From positions 1,550,001 through 1,614,000 of the forward strand of contig JAYWIR010000042.1 of assembly GCA_036172245.1 (NCBI GenBank): 64,000 nucleotides of DNA. The letters are read 5' to 3'. The position numbers and the translations under genes are program-made. Below, piece after piece: positions 22,901 to 44,199 of this stretch; positions within the stretch are counted from its first letter, which is position 1; every line of letters starts with the position of its first letter. Under the pieces are notes generated by a model that was not told the origin of the DNA, ran no database searches, and worked only from the letters and a program-made list of their open reading frames with translations. This stretch comes from Raillietiella orientalis (taxonomy: Eukaryota).

Positions 22901-25070
22901 AGAAACATGAATTCATTGTGGAACAAAGAAAGGTCTCGAAGAAATTGTGGTTGCAAATATCAGCGAGCACATGGAAATCTTTGGCTGGAAAAATACTTAA
23001 ATCTTCAAGAATGTCCCTGAAAAGTGAAAAGAGAGACCGAGCATCGATTTACAAAGCTATAGCAGAACCAAGGCACAAAGTTTCGAGTTGCGAAACTTGG
23101 TTCTTTTATGTTACTGGTACTTGAAAGTCATGGAAGCTCCCTTTTAGAATGAAATGGAATCGTTTTTGTTGGGATTAGACAACAGATAGCACTTGGCACA
23201 TGTTTTCGGGTCGTGCTTTGCAACTGTGTTTCCTGCAAACATCATTTTTTACCTGATGGAACTCTATTCAAAGAGATCCCTGACTGCTATCTTGGCCATC
23301 AGATGTCGTGTGATAACTGCTAGGCAAAGGGTGCTAACAGTGTGTCTTCAAACACTGTATTAAAGAAGCGTCCAAGAATGGATATGCAAACTGCAAGTTG
23401 AACAGAATACAGGAAAGAAAGCACATGTATTCTCATGGACTCACAGGAAAGACGGAAACCAAGCTTAAGAGTTGCTTCGAAAACCATACTTTAATCTAGG
23501 ATCCACACCCTCTCTGTCGAGTTTAGGTGGGTTCCTGAACAGAAACTGAGAGAATAATGGAAAGCCGTCCTTCAAAAGACGTGATTTGCTGCAGCAGCAC
23601 TACTGAGAATGCGCTGAAGAATTTTTCGTTTAAATCCCTGCTTGGGATGGGTAGTATCAACCTTCGACCAAGAAGCTAGTACCAAAGGTATTTAAAAGTT
23701 CGAAGAACCGTTTTACATGCAAGCGGTCTTTGAGAGTGATGCATGCAGATGAATGTTTATCGAGTGAACCACACTAGTTGTTTTAAAGGAAGGTTGCGTG
23801 AGATTCCGGCTACAAGCAAGAGCTTACCGAAGTCTGGTCAGAGCTTTAACAAAAACTGTAGCCCGAAGACAGCCATTTCGCTGTTGTGAATCGTATTTGG
23901 AGTGCTAAAGCATGTGTATAGAGGAGGTTTCTGCGGACGATCTTGATACTTTTGCACAATTGAGAATCTGTCTCATCGTCCCGGGCTATCATGTCCTTCG
24001 TGTAAGAGAAAATCAGCTTCGAAAGGCATGCTCTCCTTACGAGACGATCACGTGATCGCGTGGCTGAACACTGCCCATCCAGGTGAAGCTGAAAAGTGAA
24101 GAAGGGGGTAAAAGTCTCTCAGTTCCTCAGAGCGGGAACAATAAACCGATGTCAGACAAAACTCTGTAGAGAACAGGTCCTGTTACAATATCTACAAACT
24201 AAACTGATTGAGAAGTTCTGGTGGCGCCTTCGCTTTCAGGGAAAAACAATTCCGGAAGCTTCTTGGAAGTCTTCTAGTTAACTGGGTAGTGCTTTAAAAC
24301 GTGGGTGGATTTCTCGGAGGAATCCAACAACATCGATGTGAAGCGCGGCTCGTTGTAAAGGACTGCAGACCACAGGGCAGTTGCAAGACAAAATCTAAAA
24401 ATTCGCAGGTGTCTCAGTCACGCAAGCGAAGTGAAACTTCGTTGCTTCCCGGAAGATGAAGATGAAACACGGCAATCTGCAGAGGGCAACAGAAACAGAC
24501 ACAGTGAAATTAATAATGAACCAGAAGCATGATAACTTAGCAAAACCGGTCAAAGATCACTTCATAATGAATTCCTCATCTGTAATTTTTTTTTTTTTTT
24601 TCTTAATGGCTATTGTCAAGCAAAAGAAAACAAAAAGATCCCATCCGAAACAGTGATCATTTCGTCTCAGTGCAACGCGGAAGAAAATATTCGAGGAATA
24701 CTTCGAGGTCATAATGTATAATGGAAGAGAACCAAGGGAAAGCAGCAAGAGGAAAAGTTTCCTGATGCGCTATTATCACAAAATAAGGTACACTGTTGTA
24801 TAATCACCACGTTGGATGGCGGCATCACGCTCCTATTATATTTCTTTAGTATACACTCTCTTTCTCGTAACAGGAGAGCTCCATGGTCGCACGAAATTCC
24901 TGTCGTTATTACCACGAAATAATCGAGGAACAAACAAGGAAAGTCATAATATAATTCCTGGTAGTGTAACCGACGAAACGATGATGTTTTATTTGTCGCG
25001 CCATCATCATTTTCTTTCAAACAGAAGAGATCAACAGTTTTCTTTTTTTGTATCCTTCGTGCGCCTGCAA

Positions 25071-32509
<7,439 letters not shown>

Positions 32510-33525
32510 CTGGGAGAAGAAGGACGGGGCTCTTGGCAATAGGGTAGTCGGTTGGCACCAAGCCGGCTCGATCGCCTTGAGGGACGCCGGCGGTCAAGCT
32601 GGCAGGCAATGAGGGAGAAGATGGGACCGAGGGAAGAGAAACGAAGACAGAGCCCATCCCTCCCTCTCTCCCTCCCTTGGTCGACAGAGTCGCGACGGGG
32701 AGTCCAAGGAGGGAGGGGAAGGAAAGACGCAGAGCACTGCAAGGCCGCCTTGGTCAGGAGGGAGGGAGCCCCTCCTGGGTATGGGTCCTCCCCTCAATCT
32801 TCTAAGGGGATGCCACAGCCACTCTCCGGGTGCGTTCTCTGGCCCACTTGGTACCCGTTGCAAGCTCGGGAAGCGAGGCGCTGCGAAGAGAGGGGATCAC
32901 GAGAGGGAGTGCAGGTAGAGGAACCAAAGGAGAAGGAAGTGGGGTGCGAATGAGCCGGGGGTGTTCTCGAGGGAGACACCCACGGAGTTTTCCTGTTGCT
33001 GCTTTCTTCCCCCCTTTTGTTCGTAACAGGAGCGCCCATCAGTCGGGAGAACCACAGGAGGGGGGAAAGAAGAGTCATGGGGTGCTCCTAGGAGTGCTTC
33101 TGTGGATCGCGGAGTTTCCTCTGCCTTCCTGGGCTCTTCCTGCACGTCGGGAGGCACGGAGCGAGCCCTCGGACCTCTTCCTCCGCGAATTCAAGCGCCG
33201 TCCCGCAGGGTTGGAACCCCGCTCGCCCGGGAACGGCAAAAGCGGGAGCAGCGTGGCTCCGGAGTGCACCACCTCACTCCTCCGCCACCAGACTCACGGG
33301 CCCTTCAGCGGTCGGCGGTGATGCAAGCAAGCTGGGATGGAGACGGCGGTGATGGTGGAAGAGGCGGAGGCGCGGATCGCCGCAGGAGGGAGGGGAGAGA
33401 AAGATGGCGCGGAGGACGGCCTCTACCGAGGTAAGGAAGATACCGCAGAGCGCTTTTTGCCCGTCCCTTCCGGGAGAGAAAGAGACGGATGGAAGGGGAG
33501 GAGAGAAAAAGAAACTCCACCGCAC

Positions 33526-33726
33526 CTTCTCCGGGAAGCTTTTCAGGGGCTCGCTCTGTGCGCTCTTCTCCTGCTCGGGGACCGCCTTCAGGTTGTGGAA
33601 GTAGCATCCTTGGCGGCTCCAGGTGTCGATCATCGACGAGTTGCTGCTGTGGCTCTCCGACATGCTCGCGTGGCCAGAAGAGCGATACTCGTCGGAGGAG
33701 GAGTTGTGGTAGGCTTCGCGCTGTCC
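33526..33726 (-). CDS. Probable 5' coding exon of the ABTB2/BTBD11 gene
   Basis: cag acceptor, gtgcgg donor, 67 codons, phase 0-0. Contains SSDEYRSSGHASMS, a motif I recall from arthropod family members. The join to 32509 is unresolved. Confidence 0.65.
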
Positions 33727-35250
33727 CTGAAATGCATGCATGCGTCTGTTGGAGAAGCGAGAGGGAAGAAGAGAGAGAAAAAAAACAACAACGACGTGCG
33801 TGCGGTGCCTGCGGAGATGTTTCACGCGCGAGCGACAGCCTCCCTCGGTGAGGCTGGATGGAGGCAAGGGGGGGGGGGGGGGGACGATGCTCTTGTCCCC
33901 AGAGGAGCGCCCCAAGTCGGGAGAGGATGCCGAGGTGAAGACGGTCCTCTCCCGGCCACCTCTGACAACGACCTGCAGCCAGGCCTGGACCGAAGGCGGT
34001 GATGAGGTTAGCCACGCGGCGGAGGAGGAAAACCGTCAAGATGTGTGTACCTTCCTCAGGAAGGAACTCCGGAGGGCGCCCGCTCCTCTGGGTCTCCGGC
34101 TGAAGGACGTTTCTTCCTTTCCTCCCCCGTCCTTCACCTCCCCTTCTTGCCGAGGTATGCGCCCTGGCCGCAGGTGGCAGGGTCGAGCTCCCCACTCAAG
34201 CGCGTCATCGTCGTCGTCATCTTCGTGCCGCCGCAAGCAAGGAGCAGCACGGAACTTCGCCCTGGGTCTGCCGCCCTTCTTTGCCTTGGACTACAAGGGG
34301 CGACTGCTGCGCGAGGCGTTTGTCCGCCCCCCTCTTCGAGCGGTCATCCCTTCCGACCCTGTCGATCCGCTCACGGCAGCGGCGATCCGACTGAGGCTTT
34401 GAGAAGATCATCGGCGATAACTCAAAAGAGTCCCCGTCCGTCCGTCCGTGTCGCCGCTCTCGTATCCTGAGGGGAGCGCGCGGAAGGAGGACGGGTGGAC
34501 GAGGGTCTCCACGAAGACGACGCTTTTGCTCGTCCGCTATGTCGGGCCACGCCGTCCCGCACCACGCGCTCGCCCTTCCTTTCCCCATTCATCATCCGCC
34601 GAAGACAACGATCAACACCCGAAACTTCACCGGAAACCGCGCAGGCGCCCGTTCTCGTGCTCCGCCGCCCTTTCCCGTGTCCCGGGACGTCCGCGAGAGC
34701 CCGGGAAGCTGCAGAGGCGTTCTCGCTTCGGAGATCCCCGCGACCGAGGATCCCTTGGGCGCGCGAGCCAGGTTTCTCGATCCCGGCAGTTCCACCGGAA
34801 CATCTTCCTTTCTCCCCTTTCCGGGGGGTGTCCTGCGAGGTGCTCCAGCGCTCGCGATCTGCTCTCCTGGATCCTTCCTTAGGACCCCGCGTTTTCCCTT
34901 CAATGCCGCCGGTCGGCTATCCTCGGCTGCATCGTGCTCTTCACATAACAACGCGTGTCTGGAGAAGGGGGGGGGGGGAGGGGGGAGGGGAAGGACTTCG
35001 CACCGCGTGTCGTTGCCGCGCGCGAGCAGCTGCCGCTGCCTGGCACTGTTGCTTTGCCTGCCGGCACGGAACACGCGTGCGTGCGGAAGCAACCTGCGCC
35101 TTGCGCCTCCGCTCGACGCGCGGCTTCGGACTCCACGGGGGTCAACCCCGTTGCTACGGGCAACCCAGATCAGCTCGGATCCCACCTAAGCCTCCTACTT
35201 CCCCTTCCCCTTTATTTCTCCCTTCGCTCTCTTCGCCAAGCGCGACTCAC

Positions 35251-36105
35251 TTTCGGGTTGAAGTGCTCCCTCTCGCGGTCGTCCAGATGATGCGGAAAAT
35301 CCAGCAGGTTCTTCTTCCGGTGCTTCGTCTTGTTGAGGTGTCGCTTCCTCGGCAGGGCGAGGTGTATGTCGTGGCCCGGAACGCTCCCGAACATTCCGCT
35401 CCTGCTGCTCAGGGTGGAATTTTCCAGGTTTCTCAAGCTGCTCTTGCACGCGACCCGGGAGACGCAGCTGCCGTCGACAAGAATCTCCGTCTTCTTCGAG
35501 CTGTCGAACCCTCCTCCTCCTCCTCCTCCTCCTCCTCCGCTGCCCGCGGCGTCCGGCGCTTTCCAGGAATCCTTCCGCTTGCCGTCCTCCTGCGGATGCC
35601 CGTTGCACGGGTCAGAGTTCTTCGACACGCTCTGGTGGCACGATGGGTGCTGCCTAGTCTTCCTACCAAAGTCAGGGTCCGCGGCGGCACCGCTGCGGTC
35701 GCACACGGGGAGCACGGTCTTGCACGGGTCCATTCGGTGGTGGAAGAGGTTCTTCGGAGCGCCCTCCTCTTTGCTGCTCTGCGAGTCCCTGGTGGCCGCG
35801 CACAAGTGGAGGTCGCCGTAGCAGCTGGAAACCCCTCGGCCCTGCTTCTCCGAGGACTCTGCTCCCGCGTGGGGAGGGGCGCCGTCGCAGCCTTCGCCCT
35901 TCATCTGGCGCGGGGCGAAACTCCGCTCCTGTGCGTAGCTCTCCACGTGGAACGCCTTCGGTCCGGAGTTGCTGATGTTGACGTAACTTTTCGAGCCGAG
36001 CAGCTTCTTCTCCTCCGCCTTGCCAGGATGGATGAGCTCCATGCTGCAGGAGTTCTTCAGGACGCAGGGCCCGGCTTGCTGCTTCCCGTACGGCTTGCTC
36101 AGCAC
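35251..36105 (-). CDS. Probable large low-complexity 5' coding exon of the ABTB2/BTBD11 gene
   Basis: cttccccag acceptor and gtgagt donor bound exactly 285 open codons that include a poly-Gly run. Confidence 0.6.
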
Positions 36106-36173
36106 CTGGGGAAGCGGAACAGCTCCTCGGTTTGCGCATGAGGGGGGGGTGGGGGGTCGCCGACTCTTCTTAC

Positions 36174-36249
36174 CTGGTCTGGGGACGGCCCGCCGGAGCT
36201 CACCGCCGCGATGTACGGGGAGCGGAAATCTTCCCTTGCGTCCGGTACC
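36174..36249 (-). CDS. Probable small 5' exon of the ABTB2/BTBD11 gene
   Basis: tttccag acceptor and CAG|gtaaga donor. In frame with 36105-35251 across a 68-nt intron. It needs a further upstream exon that I could not identify. Confidence 0.5.
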
Positions 36250-37323
36250 CTGGAAATAGAGACAGCTCTTTCAGGAGCACGGGAGAGAGGGGGAAGGGGG
36301 GAGGAGAGGAGGAAGTCGCTGAGCGCGGCTCGCTCCCCTCCGGAAAATTCTTTTCTCTTCTCCTCTTTTCGCCTTTGCTTCATCTTTACGACACTCCGCC
36401 TTCGTCCTCGGCGGACAAGAAAAAGAAGCACCGCGCTCGGGACGCGAGGCGACTACCGGCAGCCGCAGCAGCCGAAAGGCAGGAGAGCTTCTGAGATGCG
36501 CAGGGACTGTCGCGCGCAATTACAACGCGATTCTAATTGTGCCTCGGCCTGGGCTGGTGATTGCAGCTTCGCCGGCGGCTACGTTTGACTGAAGCGCACC
36601 CGCGCCCAAGGCGACCGTCTCGGAGGTCGATCCCGCCGGGCTGCGCGCGCGAGCGCAAGCGAGAGGGGAAGGACGGGGAGGAAGGGGCGGGGGGGAAGCG
36701 CGCGCATCTCCGGGGCTTCCCTTCTCTCCAGCTCGGGGTTTGCATCCAGAGCGCCCCACTCGGGAGCGTCCGCGAGGACTCTCCCAAGGATGGAAAGTTC
36801 GTCCTCGCGGGCCCCTCGTGGAGAGAGGCAGAGGGGTCTACGGATGCATCTTCCTCGCGAACTGGAAATGGGAAAACACCTCGCGACTCCCCCAGGACCA
36901 GGAGGGGGTAGCCATCCCAGATCATGCGCTCCGTCCTCGTCGCGTCACGTAGCCGTCTGTTTCCATGGGCGACGAAAAAAAAAAAAGGGTGGGGGGGGGG
37001 GGAAGGATTACTGAGGTCGTTAACCGAGTGCACTGGGTAAGACGGCAACGGGTTTCTCCTGCAAGACACCATTGCACCTCGGATGGGATTCGCAGCTTCC
37101 GGAGCACGCACCAAATCGAAAAAGCCTCCTTCCGACGGAGAGCAAAAGTGATGGCTGCAAGAAGTGAGGCTGCGTTCGGTGCTGCCGATGTGTTTGGGAC
37201 TCGAACTTGCTGTTCTTTCTTTCAACAGTTGCAGAAAACCCCTACAGCGACAAGGATCCGGTCCAAGGGATCTCTGCCCGAGGGGTGGGTGGGAGTAGCC
37301 TCTGCTCAGAAAGGAGAAAAAAG

Positions 37324-37815
37324 AAAACGGGATGCTGACAAAGTAGCGGGGTGACGAAGGGCACGCTGTGGGAGTAGTGGGCGAAGCCGCCCCCAGCCCC
37401 ACACCCTCTACTTCGCCTTTCCTTTCGCCAGGCTTGTCTGCGAGCAGCGGCCATGTACGCAGTCTCCAGGGATCAGTTGAAGGAGAGCAAATCCGTGAGA
37501 GCGGGCATCCAGCTTCCCGTGGGAAGGTTCCATCACTGGATGGCGGAGGTGAAGCTGGGAGCTTACATCCACGAGTCAGTGTCTCCGCGCCGCGGGGAGG
37601 GGGGAAGGAGGCGCAGACGCGTCGCCTAACCGGGAAACCCCCTCCCACCCAGGTTCGCGGCGGTGTACCTGGCGGCAGGCGTGGAGAACTTCCTCGAGGA
37701 GTTCCTGTCCACGCTCGTTCCCAAGGATCGTAGCGTCGTCGTCACCGACGTTCCCTTCTCGGAGGACGCCGTCGCGTCCAGTGGGGAGCTGTGGGGTCTT
37801 GTGCAGCCCTTCGCC
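37324..37815 (+). pseudogene. Inverted partial duplicate of ABTB2/BTBD11 segment 31228-31717 (one whole histone-fold exon, the intron and most of the next exon)
   Basis: Reverse-complement alignment shows 10 substitutions plus one 2-nt indel over ~490 bp. Splice sites are retained (37432-37574; acceptor before 37653). Confidence 0.95.
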
Positions 37816-38375
37816 AAACGCGTCCTCAGAAGACCCAAATCTTGCCCTTCCAAGATACAAAACGTCCTTCTTCATCGCATTGGGTCCGTGCCTTTCCGGA
37901 CCGTTCTTCCGCGGAAGCTCCCGCTTCGTCCTTGGGTCCGCCTCTTCCAGCTTTCCTGAACCTTCGCCGTTGATCCAGAACTTTCGTACCTCTCTTCTCC
38001 CCTGAAGCATCCGTTTCCGCCTCTTTTAGGCTCACGGGAAAAGAAGTTGCAGCTACTCCGGTGGGGCAGTGCCGTACGGTTCTTTTGCTCCTACTCCCCC
38101 TGGAGGAGTTGCTGCGGTTACGAGTACGGAAGCGTTCCTCAGAATGCCGATGCGTGCGCGCTTGTCACGAGTGCGCATCGCGTACACGCATGCGTGTGCA
38201 CACTGGTCGTAGGTAAACACCCCTGCCTCCATAAACGTGCCACCGCGGAATTGGAATCGGATTCCAAGTACCAACTCCCTTTTTTCGTGATTCGTGGGTT
38301 TCTTTTCTTCTTCTTGTTCACCTCGCAGCAAAAGTTCCGTATGTGCACGTAATTTTTATTTTTTCCTTTCGTTTT

Positions 38376-38407
<32 letters not shown>

Positions 38408-41400
38408 CCTTGTAAGAGATGAGAATCCTTTTAACTGTTTCCTCACCTACTTTACCACGACAGTAACAAAAGAGATAACGTGCTTCGCACTTACGACCGG
38501 CATCTTTCACGAATGCCCCCGGACCCAAAACAGAAAAAAGGGAGGTCTGAGCTCTTGCTGGAACGAGGTGCCGCGTGATTTGCATACGAGAAAAGAGTTT
38601 TCTTAACGAAGGAACCCGAGCTGAAGGCACACATCTAGTGCAACGGAGGGAAAATTCAATCCGACGGGGAAAGAACCGTTCGCTGACTTTGGGAGCCTGG
38701 AAGAATGCAGGAAACCTTTCAGGAACCCAGGGGGCGGAGGACGGAGTCATCATCAGCGAAAAGGGAACTCCTTGATCAAAAGGCCGGGAAGCGAAAAGTG
38801 AACGCTGGCCGCCGTTGCCAACCAACCACTCCGAGCTTCGGAAACGGACGTTCGAAAACGAAGTACCACACTGCCAGCTGTGGAGGGGTCGCACTCACGC
38901 CACGGGGAGGCTGCGGAAGTTCGATCTCGGGAACGGAGGATGGAGTGAATTTTTACGAGCGATCCAAATGGAGCGCACGCACGTTTTGCCCAGCGAGCTC
39001 TAAGAAAGCCGTCCGACGATGCGTACGCAGCCGAGTATCACCCTTTGACGACTGCACCTCCGACTACTCCGGAAACGAGAATTTGCCAGCTTCATCACCG
39101 GATCCTGCGATCTTTTTTTTCCATCTGATTGATACGTTTCGAAATCTTTCTGTGACCCAGAATGAAACAGCAAGAATTGCCGATACGATGTTTCAAGAGA
39201 TTGATATATGCGGCCGGCAAGAAAGCCGGAAAACCGAGGTCCTCCAAGGTGGTGACGGCAATCGAAAGGCGCAGAACCTCATTGCGAATTCTGCCGATTA
39301 TTTCGAAACCCCCGAACGTTCGCGTTTCTGGCATCCCTCGTGCCCTAATTAGAATGCCAGCACAATTTCCGTAGGATCACGGCCTGTGGAATCTGCGGCG
39401 CGTTCTCCGCTTTCCCGATTTTCGAATTCGCGATTCCCTTTCCGATAATTCTGAAGACCAGAGAGGTCTCTTCGCCGCGGGAAGTTGTGAGCAGAATTTA
39501 CGACCAAGTCGACAAGTCGGGAAGGCTCTTGGACGCAAAGGTTTCCCAACAGTGGAAAAAGTGTTGGCGCTTCCGCTGAAGCTCTGCAACCACTTTGGTA
39601 CGGGCAACAGCCTGCACGAACGAAAGTGAGTCCATCTGTTTCAGCTTGCCCTGCTTTCAAGTCCGCAGAGGTCCTTCGCAAGCGCAGTCGCTGGGCTGTG
39701 CTCGCAAAGTTCTGGTGCCTTCATCCTTGCGTCGCCCAAAGTGGCTCTTGGCTTTCGTACTACCCCTGATGTCAGAGGACCGTCTCAACGTGTGAAAAAA
39801 TGACCAGCAGGCCGAAAGAAAAGCATCACCAAAGTGAGTGCCAATAAGTGCCTTCCTTACAGTGTACGCGAACAATGACTTATTTTTTTGCCGACCATCT
39901 GTCATTCGTTTTCTGGTGACGAAATATGGATGGCATCCATTGTATGTGCTGTCCAGTGATCAAAGTTGGGTCAAACGTTTCATCATCCTGCATCAGGAAA
40001 ACAACAGATGCGCTGCAATAAAGCAATCCGAGAAAAGGATGGGAATGAGCCATGGAAGACAAGTTTCTTTTACTTTCCATGAATGATGGAAAGTCCCAGG
40101 TTTTATCGTTCCTACGAAATTTATCGTTCCCAGCTGGGAGAAAGAGCGAAGTTCTGTGAGAATGTGCAACGCTTTTGTTTTGCTTTTCAGACGGTTTCAA
40201 CTGTGCGCAACCGCCCCCCCCCCCCTCCCACGAAAAGTCTGCAGGGCCTTCCTAGATCCGGAGCCACGGCGGGTAGCGCCCGATTCTCCAAGATTACGTG
40301 AGCTTAAGGGTCCTCTTAATTTCCATCCGGAATCGAACAGGGAAAGGCCAGAGCGTGGTGACCGATCCAACGAGATGCGACCTGGGAGTTTCGTTCCCAA
40401 GTGGGATCGCACTTCCCTTCTCCCGAGGAAGACTCGGAGAAGGGGTAAAAGACAAAATTCTCGCCAACACCGTGCTTCAGTTTGAGGGTGCAGCCATCCG
40501 TGCACGTCCGTGTGCGTGCAGTAGTGGGCTCTTTCAACAGTCGCCCCACCCACCCACCCACCCAACACCCCCCAAATATCCCCGTATCCCATTCATTCTC
40601 TTCGAGTGGGCCAATTAAGCACAGTGACTCGAATGCTCGCTGCACTCGCCAAGGAAGACAAAAGAAAAGCCTCGTCCGGTGACTCCACACCCCATTAAAA
40701 TGAGAAAGTGTCATTTATCTTTTCCTGCACAAAACAAAAAAAGAAAAAGCTGAAGTAGCTAACAACTCCTTTCGAGCTTGCACCCCGTTCCCGCTCAACA
40801 CACTTAACGTGGCTGCGCAATGCATCTTCAGAAAGAGATCCAGCATCCCAAAGTACGGAGCAGCTCTCTTGCTTCATCATTACCTTCGCAGCTTCGAGTG
40901 AATGATCTGATATTCCTCTACTGGATAAAGGGCCAGCTGGGAGGCCTTAAACTCGGGCATCGTGATCGAGTCTGCGAACAGCTACGCTCTGAAACACAAG
41001 CGTGATGATTATTAGAATCCAAGGGAGGCTCAATTACGCACGTCGAAGAAGAGGGGCAGCTGAAAACAGCGGGTCCTCGGTACGGTGGTAAGCAATCACC
41101 GAGATCAAAAACGCGCGCGGTCCAAGATATCGGATAGCCGCCGACGAGCCCGGGACTCGAACTCTGACGTAATCCGAAGAACTCTTAATGAGATAAAGTC
41201 GGAGAGAAATGCACTTTCACCAACATGGCCGAGCGTATAAACCACGCGTTGGTTGAACGGCGGAAGGGTCGCGTTGGACGACGGGCACGAAGCGCGCGGT
41301 GTACGACGTAAAGACGACCTTTCTGCCAAGCAGTCACACATTACGTGAAACGAAAATCCCGGGACTTTTACTGTGTCACTCTCCGAGGTTCCAGAGAAAC

Positions 41401-43047
41401 TTCGGAACGCTTAAGGGAGCAGCCGCAGTTGCTTGGGCACTTGCAATCTGGAAAGCCTCAGCCCGCGATGGCAACTTTTTTCTTTTTTTTTTTTAAAAAA
41501 ATGGGAAAAAACCAAACAAGACAAAGATGGCCGTCAAAACTATCTTTCAGGGATGTGCAGATAGCTCTTCTGCCCTTAGAAATGTAGAAGATGCTTTCTA
41601 CTATATTCCAGAGACAGAGAAGAAATATAGGAGATGTGTCCAGGAGATTCCCAGAAACATTACACGCACACGCAGTTCTGGATGTACATCGCTTCGTTTT
41701 CGCGTATGTTCACGTGTACCATTTCGCAGTTCGTCTCGTACCAAACAACACCACGCGCAAAGCCAAGTCCTAAATTCGAAACTCTTGGCGAATCTTCTGA
41801 TTAAGACGTGCGCGAACAAGGAGCCAAACTGATGTTATCTGCGATGCTGGGGATGACACCAAGATTTTCCCTTTATGCTTCCAGAAGGAAAAAAAAAAAA
41901 AAAACGATACAGATCTGTCTCTATGATGCGCTGTGTTATCACTCGGTAGGATGATATAGCTGTTCGGAACGTTGCAGATGGAGGCTCAAAAGTGACGTTC
42001 ACTCTTCCCCCCTCTCTGGTGAGCAGGAGGAAACGGAGCCCTGACTCGACCTTTGACGCGCACTTCCTTGAGATGAGCGATTTCTGTTGTGTCACGTGGT
42101 CGATTTCTCTTCTTCGCGGCTATCCCGCTGCCTTCTGGGTATTCAGCCTGGCGTGCTGAATCCTTAAACCGAGAGTCCGCATTCCCGCGAGGGATTGCGG
42201 GGTTCGCAGGAGCGACTCCCATCAACCCTCCTCCTCCCTTCTGAGGCCACCCCCTGCCTTGGAGGGGAAGGGGGGGGGGAGCGGCGCGTACCGAGTGTCC
42301 CGTCCGAGCGGGCAGCTCTTCCTTGAGTGTGTAGGCTGCTCGCGCGGGAATCTGTGAAGAGAGCAGCGTATGGGGATGGGAGAAGGACGACGCGTGCGCC
42401 ATCCTTCTGGGATGCGTGTGTCCTTCTGCCGTGCGTGTGCTCCCAGAGGCTGTAGGGGGAAAGGGAAGGCGAACGAACTTGCGCACGAAGAGCAGCGGGG
42501 CTTGAGGGGGTGACCAGAGAGCAGGGAGAGTCCAAGCAGCCTTTTCCGTTTTGCAAGCTGCATTCGGCCGGAGATGGGGAGCGGGGTAACCGGATTCGAA
42601 AAAGGAAAGGGGTCCCACCGTTCCGGACATGCCCTGTTTCCAGTAACGAGGCCTCTGCTTCCTACTCCAATGGGAGCGGTCCTCTGGAGATATTTCGGAA
42701 GGCGTTCCTAACAATAATTGGCAAGGTTCCCCCTCCCCTTCCTTTTTTTTTTCTTTTTTCTTTTTTACTGTTTCAGGCATTCAGGATGAACTCGCTAAAG
42801 GCTAATTCAGTGTCGTCCGTGGGCAACCATGGGCGACACCCACCTGACCTATCCTTCTGGACGGATGATGGATGGATTCCGCAGGGATGCAGTTACCTCA
42901 TCAGAGACGAACATGATGTATCGTTTCGCAGGGTTTTCTCCCTTCTCATCTCTCTCTCCTCCTCGAACGTTTCTTTTTTCTCTTCTTTTTTCCCCTGCTC
43001 ACGGGAGAAGATTTGCAGGGTTGTCATGTATGCGTGTGCGTGTGTGC

Positions 43048-43050
<3 letters not shown>

Positions 43051-43078
<28 letters not shown>
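43051..43078. repeat. (TC)n microsatellite
   Basis: Direct reading. Confidence 0.9.
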
Positions 43079-43081
<3 letters not shown>

Positions 43082-43333
43082 TTCCCTCGGCACCTTCCCG
43101 TGTGTGCACAGAAGGATTTTTTCGGAGCACCGACCCTCCTCCCTTCCTTCCCCTCTCCCAACACTCTTCCACACCATAAACTCGCTCGGGTTGGGATCTT
43201 CGTCTGGCTTCCAGGGTAACCTCATCTTGCCCGGAATCGAAAGCATCAGACTCGTCGCAGGTAGCACGCGGGACCACGCGGTGTGAGGGAGGGAGAGGAA
43301 GGGGGAGGCAAGGAGAGATCCGAAAAGGAAGGT

Positions 43334-43364
<31 letters not shown>

Positions 43365-44199
43365 GAACCCACGAAGTGTCTACTTGCCTGCCTCCCCAGC
43401 GCGACCTTCGAATCGCCTACCACCCCTACCCGGCATGCAGGCGGTGGTGCTGCCGAGACGCGCCGATGCATTCCTCCTGTCCTCGCCTTTCCCGGAAATT
43501 TCAGGCCCGAGAGGTCTCCTGGAGGATCGAGGGAAGGAAGCGGTTTCCCTTAGTGACGGCGACGCCGTTGCGCCCTAGCTCGTTCCCTCGATTGCTGCGA
43601 GTGCTTGGAACGAATCCCGGCCGCGGACCTCCAGGCGGGCGAACAGGTCCGCGCAACCCGCTGGTTCCACCTACGCGGGATGAAAGATGGTCCAGTGCAG
43701 CTGGGCCGTGCTCTCGAGGGCCGAGGACGAGGGAGAGAGAAAAGCACGGGAAGGAAATCTCTCTGTTCGATTTCTTTTCTTTTCTTTTCTTTTTTTTTTG
43801 TTCCTCCCCCTCTGCCGCCACCGACCTCTTCCCGAGGACAAGAAGATTGCATCCGCCACAAGCAGCACCTCCAGCATCACCCGATTCTAAGGACAGGGAG
43901 ACGCGCAGCTGGATGAGAGGAACCACGGGAGAGAGAGAAACCTCCGGGGATCCCGTTTCGCGGGGGAGAACGGAGAGGGAGAAGGGGAAGGAATGCCGCC
44001 GCTCCCGGCCCTCAGGGTGCCTCTCGAAACGAAGACTAGAGGTCCGTCTGCCCTCCGCCATCCGTTCCTTTGCTGACGTCACCTCCCTTCCCGGGGAAGC
44101 TCCGAGAGAACGGAGGACAGAGGAAGGGAGAGGGGGGAGAAGGAAGTCCCCTCGGGAATGGAGCCTTAGGAAAGCGTGGGGGAGAGGACAAGGAGGAGG

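Noticed and set aside
22330..24500. Possible decayed long ORF or endogenous viral element
   Set aside because: Stop density in the frames I translated was near random expectation and no motif was recognised. BLASTX would be needed.
34495..36141. 548-aa plus-strand ORF
   Set aside because: Largely the antisense shadow of the GC-rich minus-strand exon 36105-35251, with no recognisable domain.
37816..38010. WKGKIWV/KDVLYL peptides suggesting an LTR integrase-adjacent fragment
   Set aside because: Too short and no catalytic motifs.
39100..39620. Possible hAT or RTE transposon relic
   Set aside because: Only vague motif resemblance, with conflicting strands.
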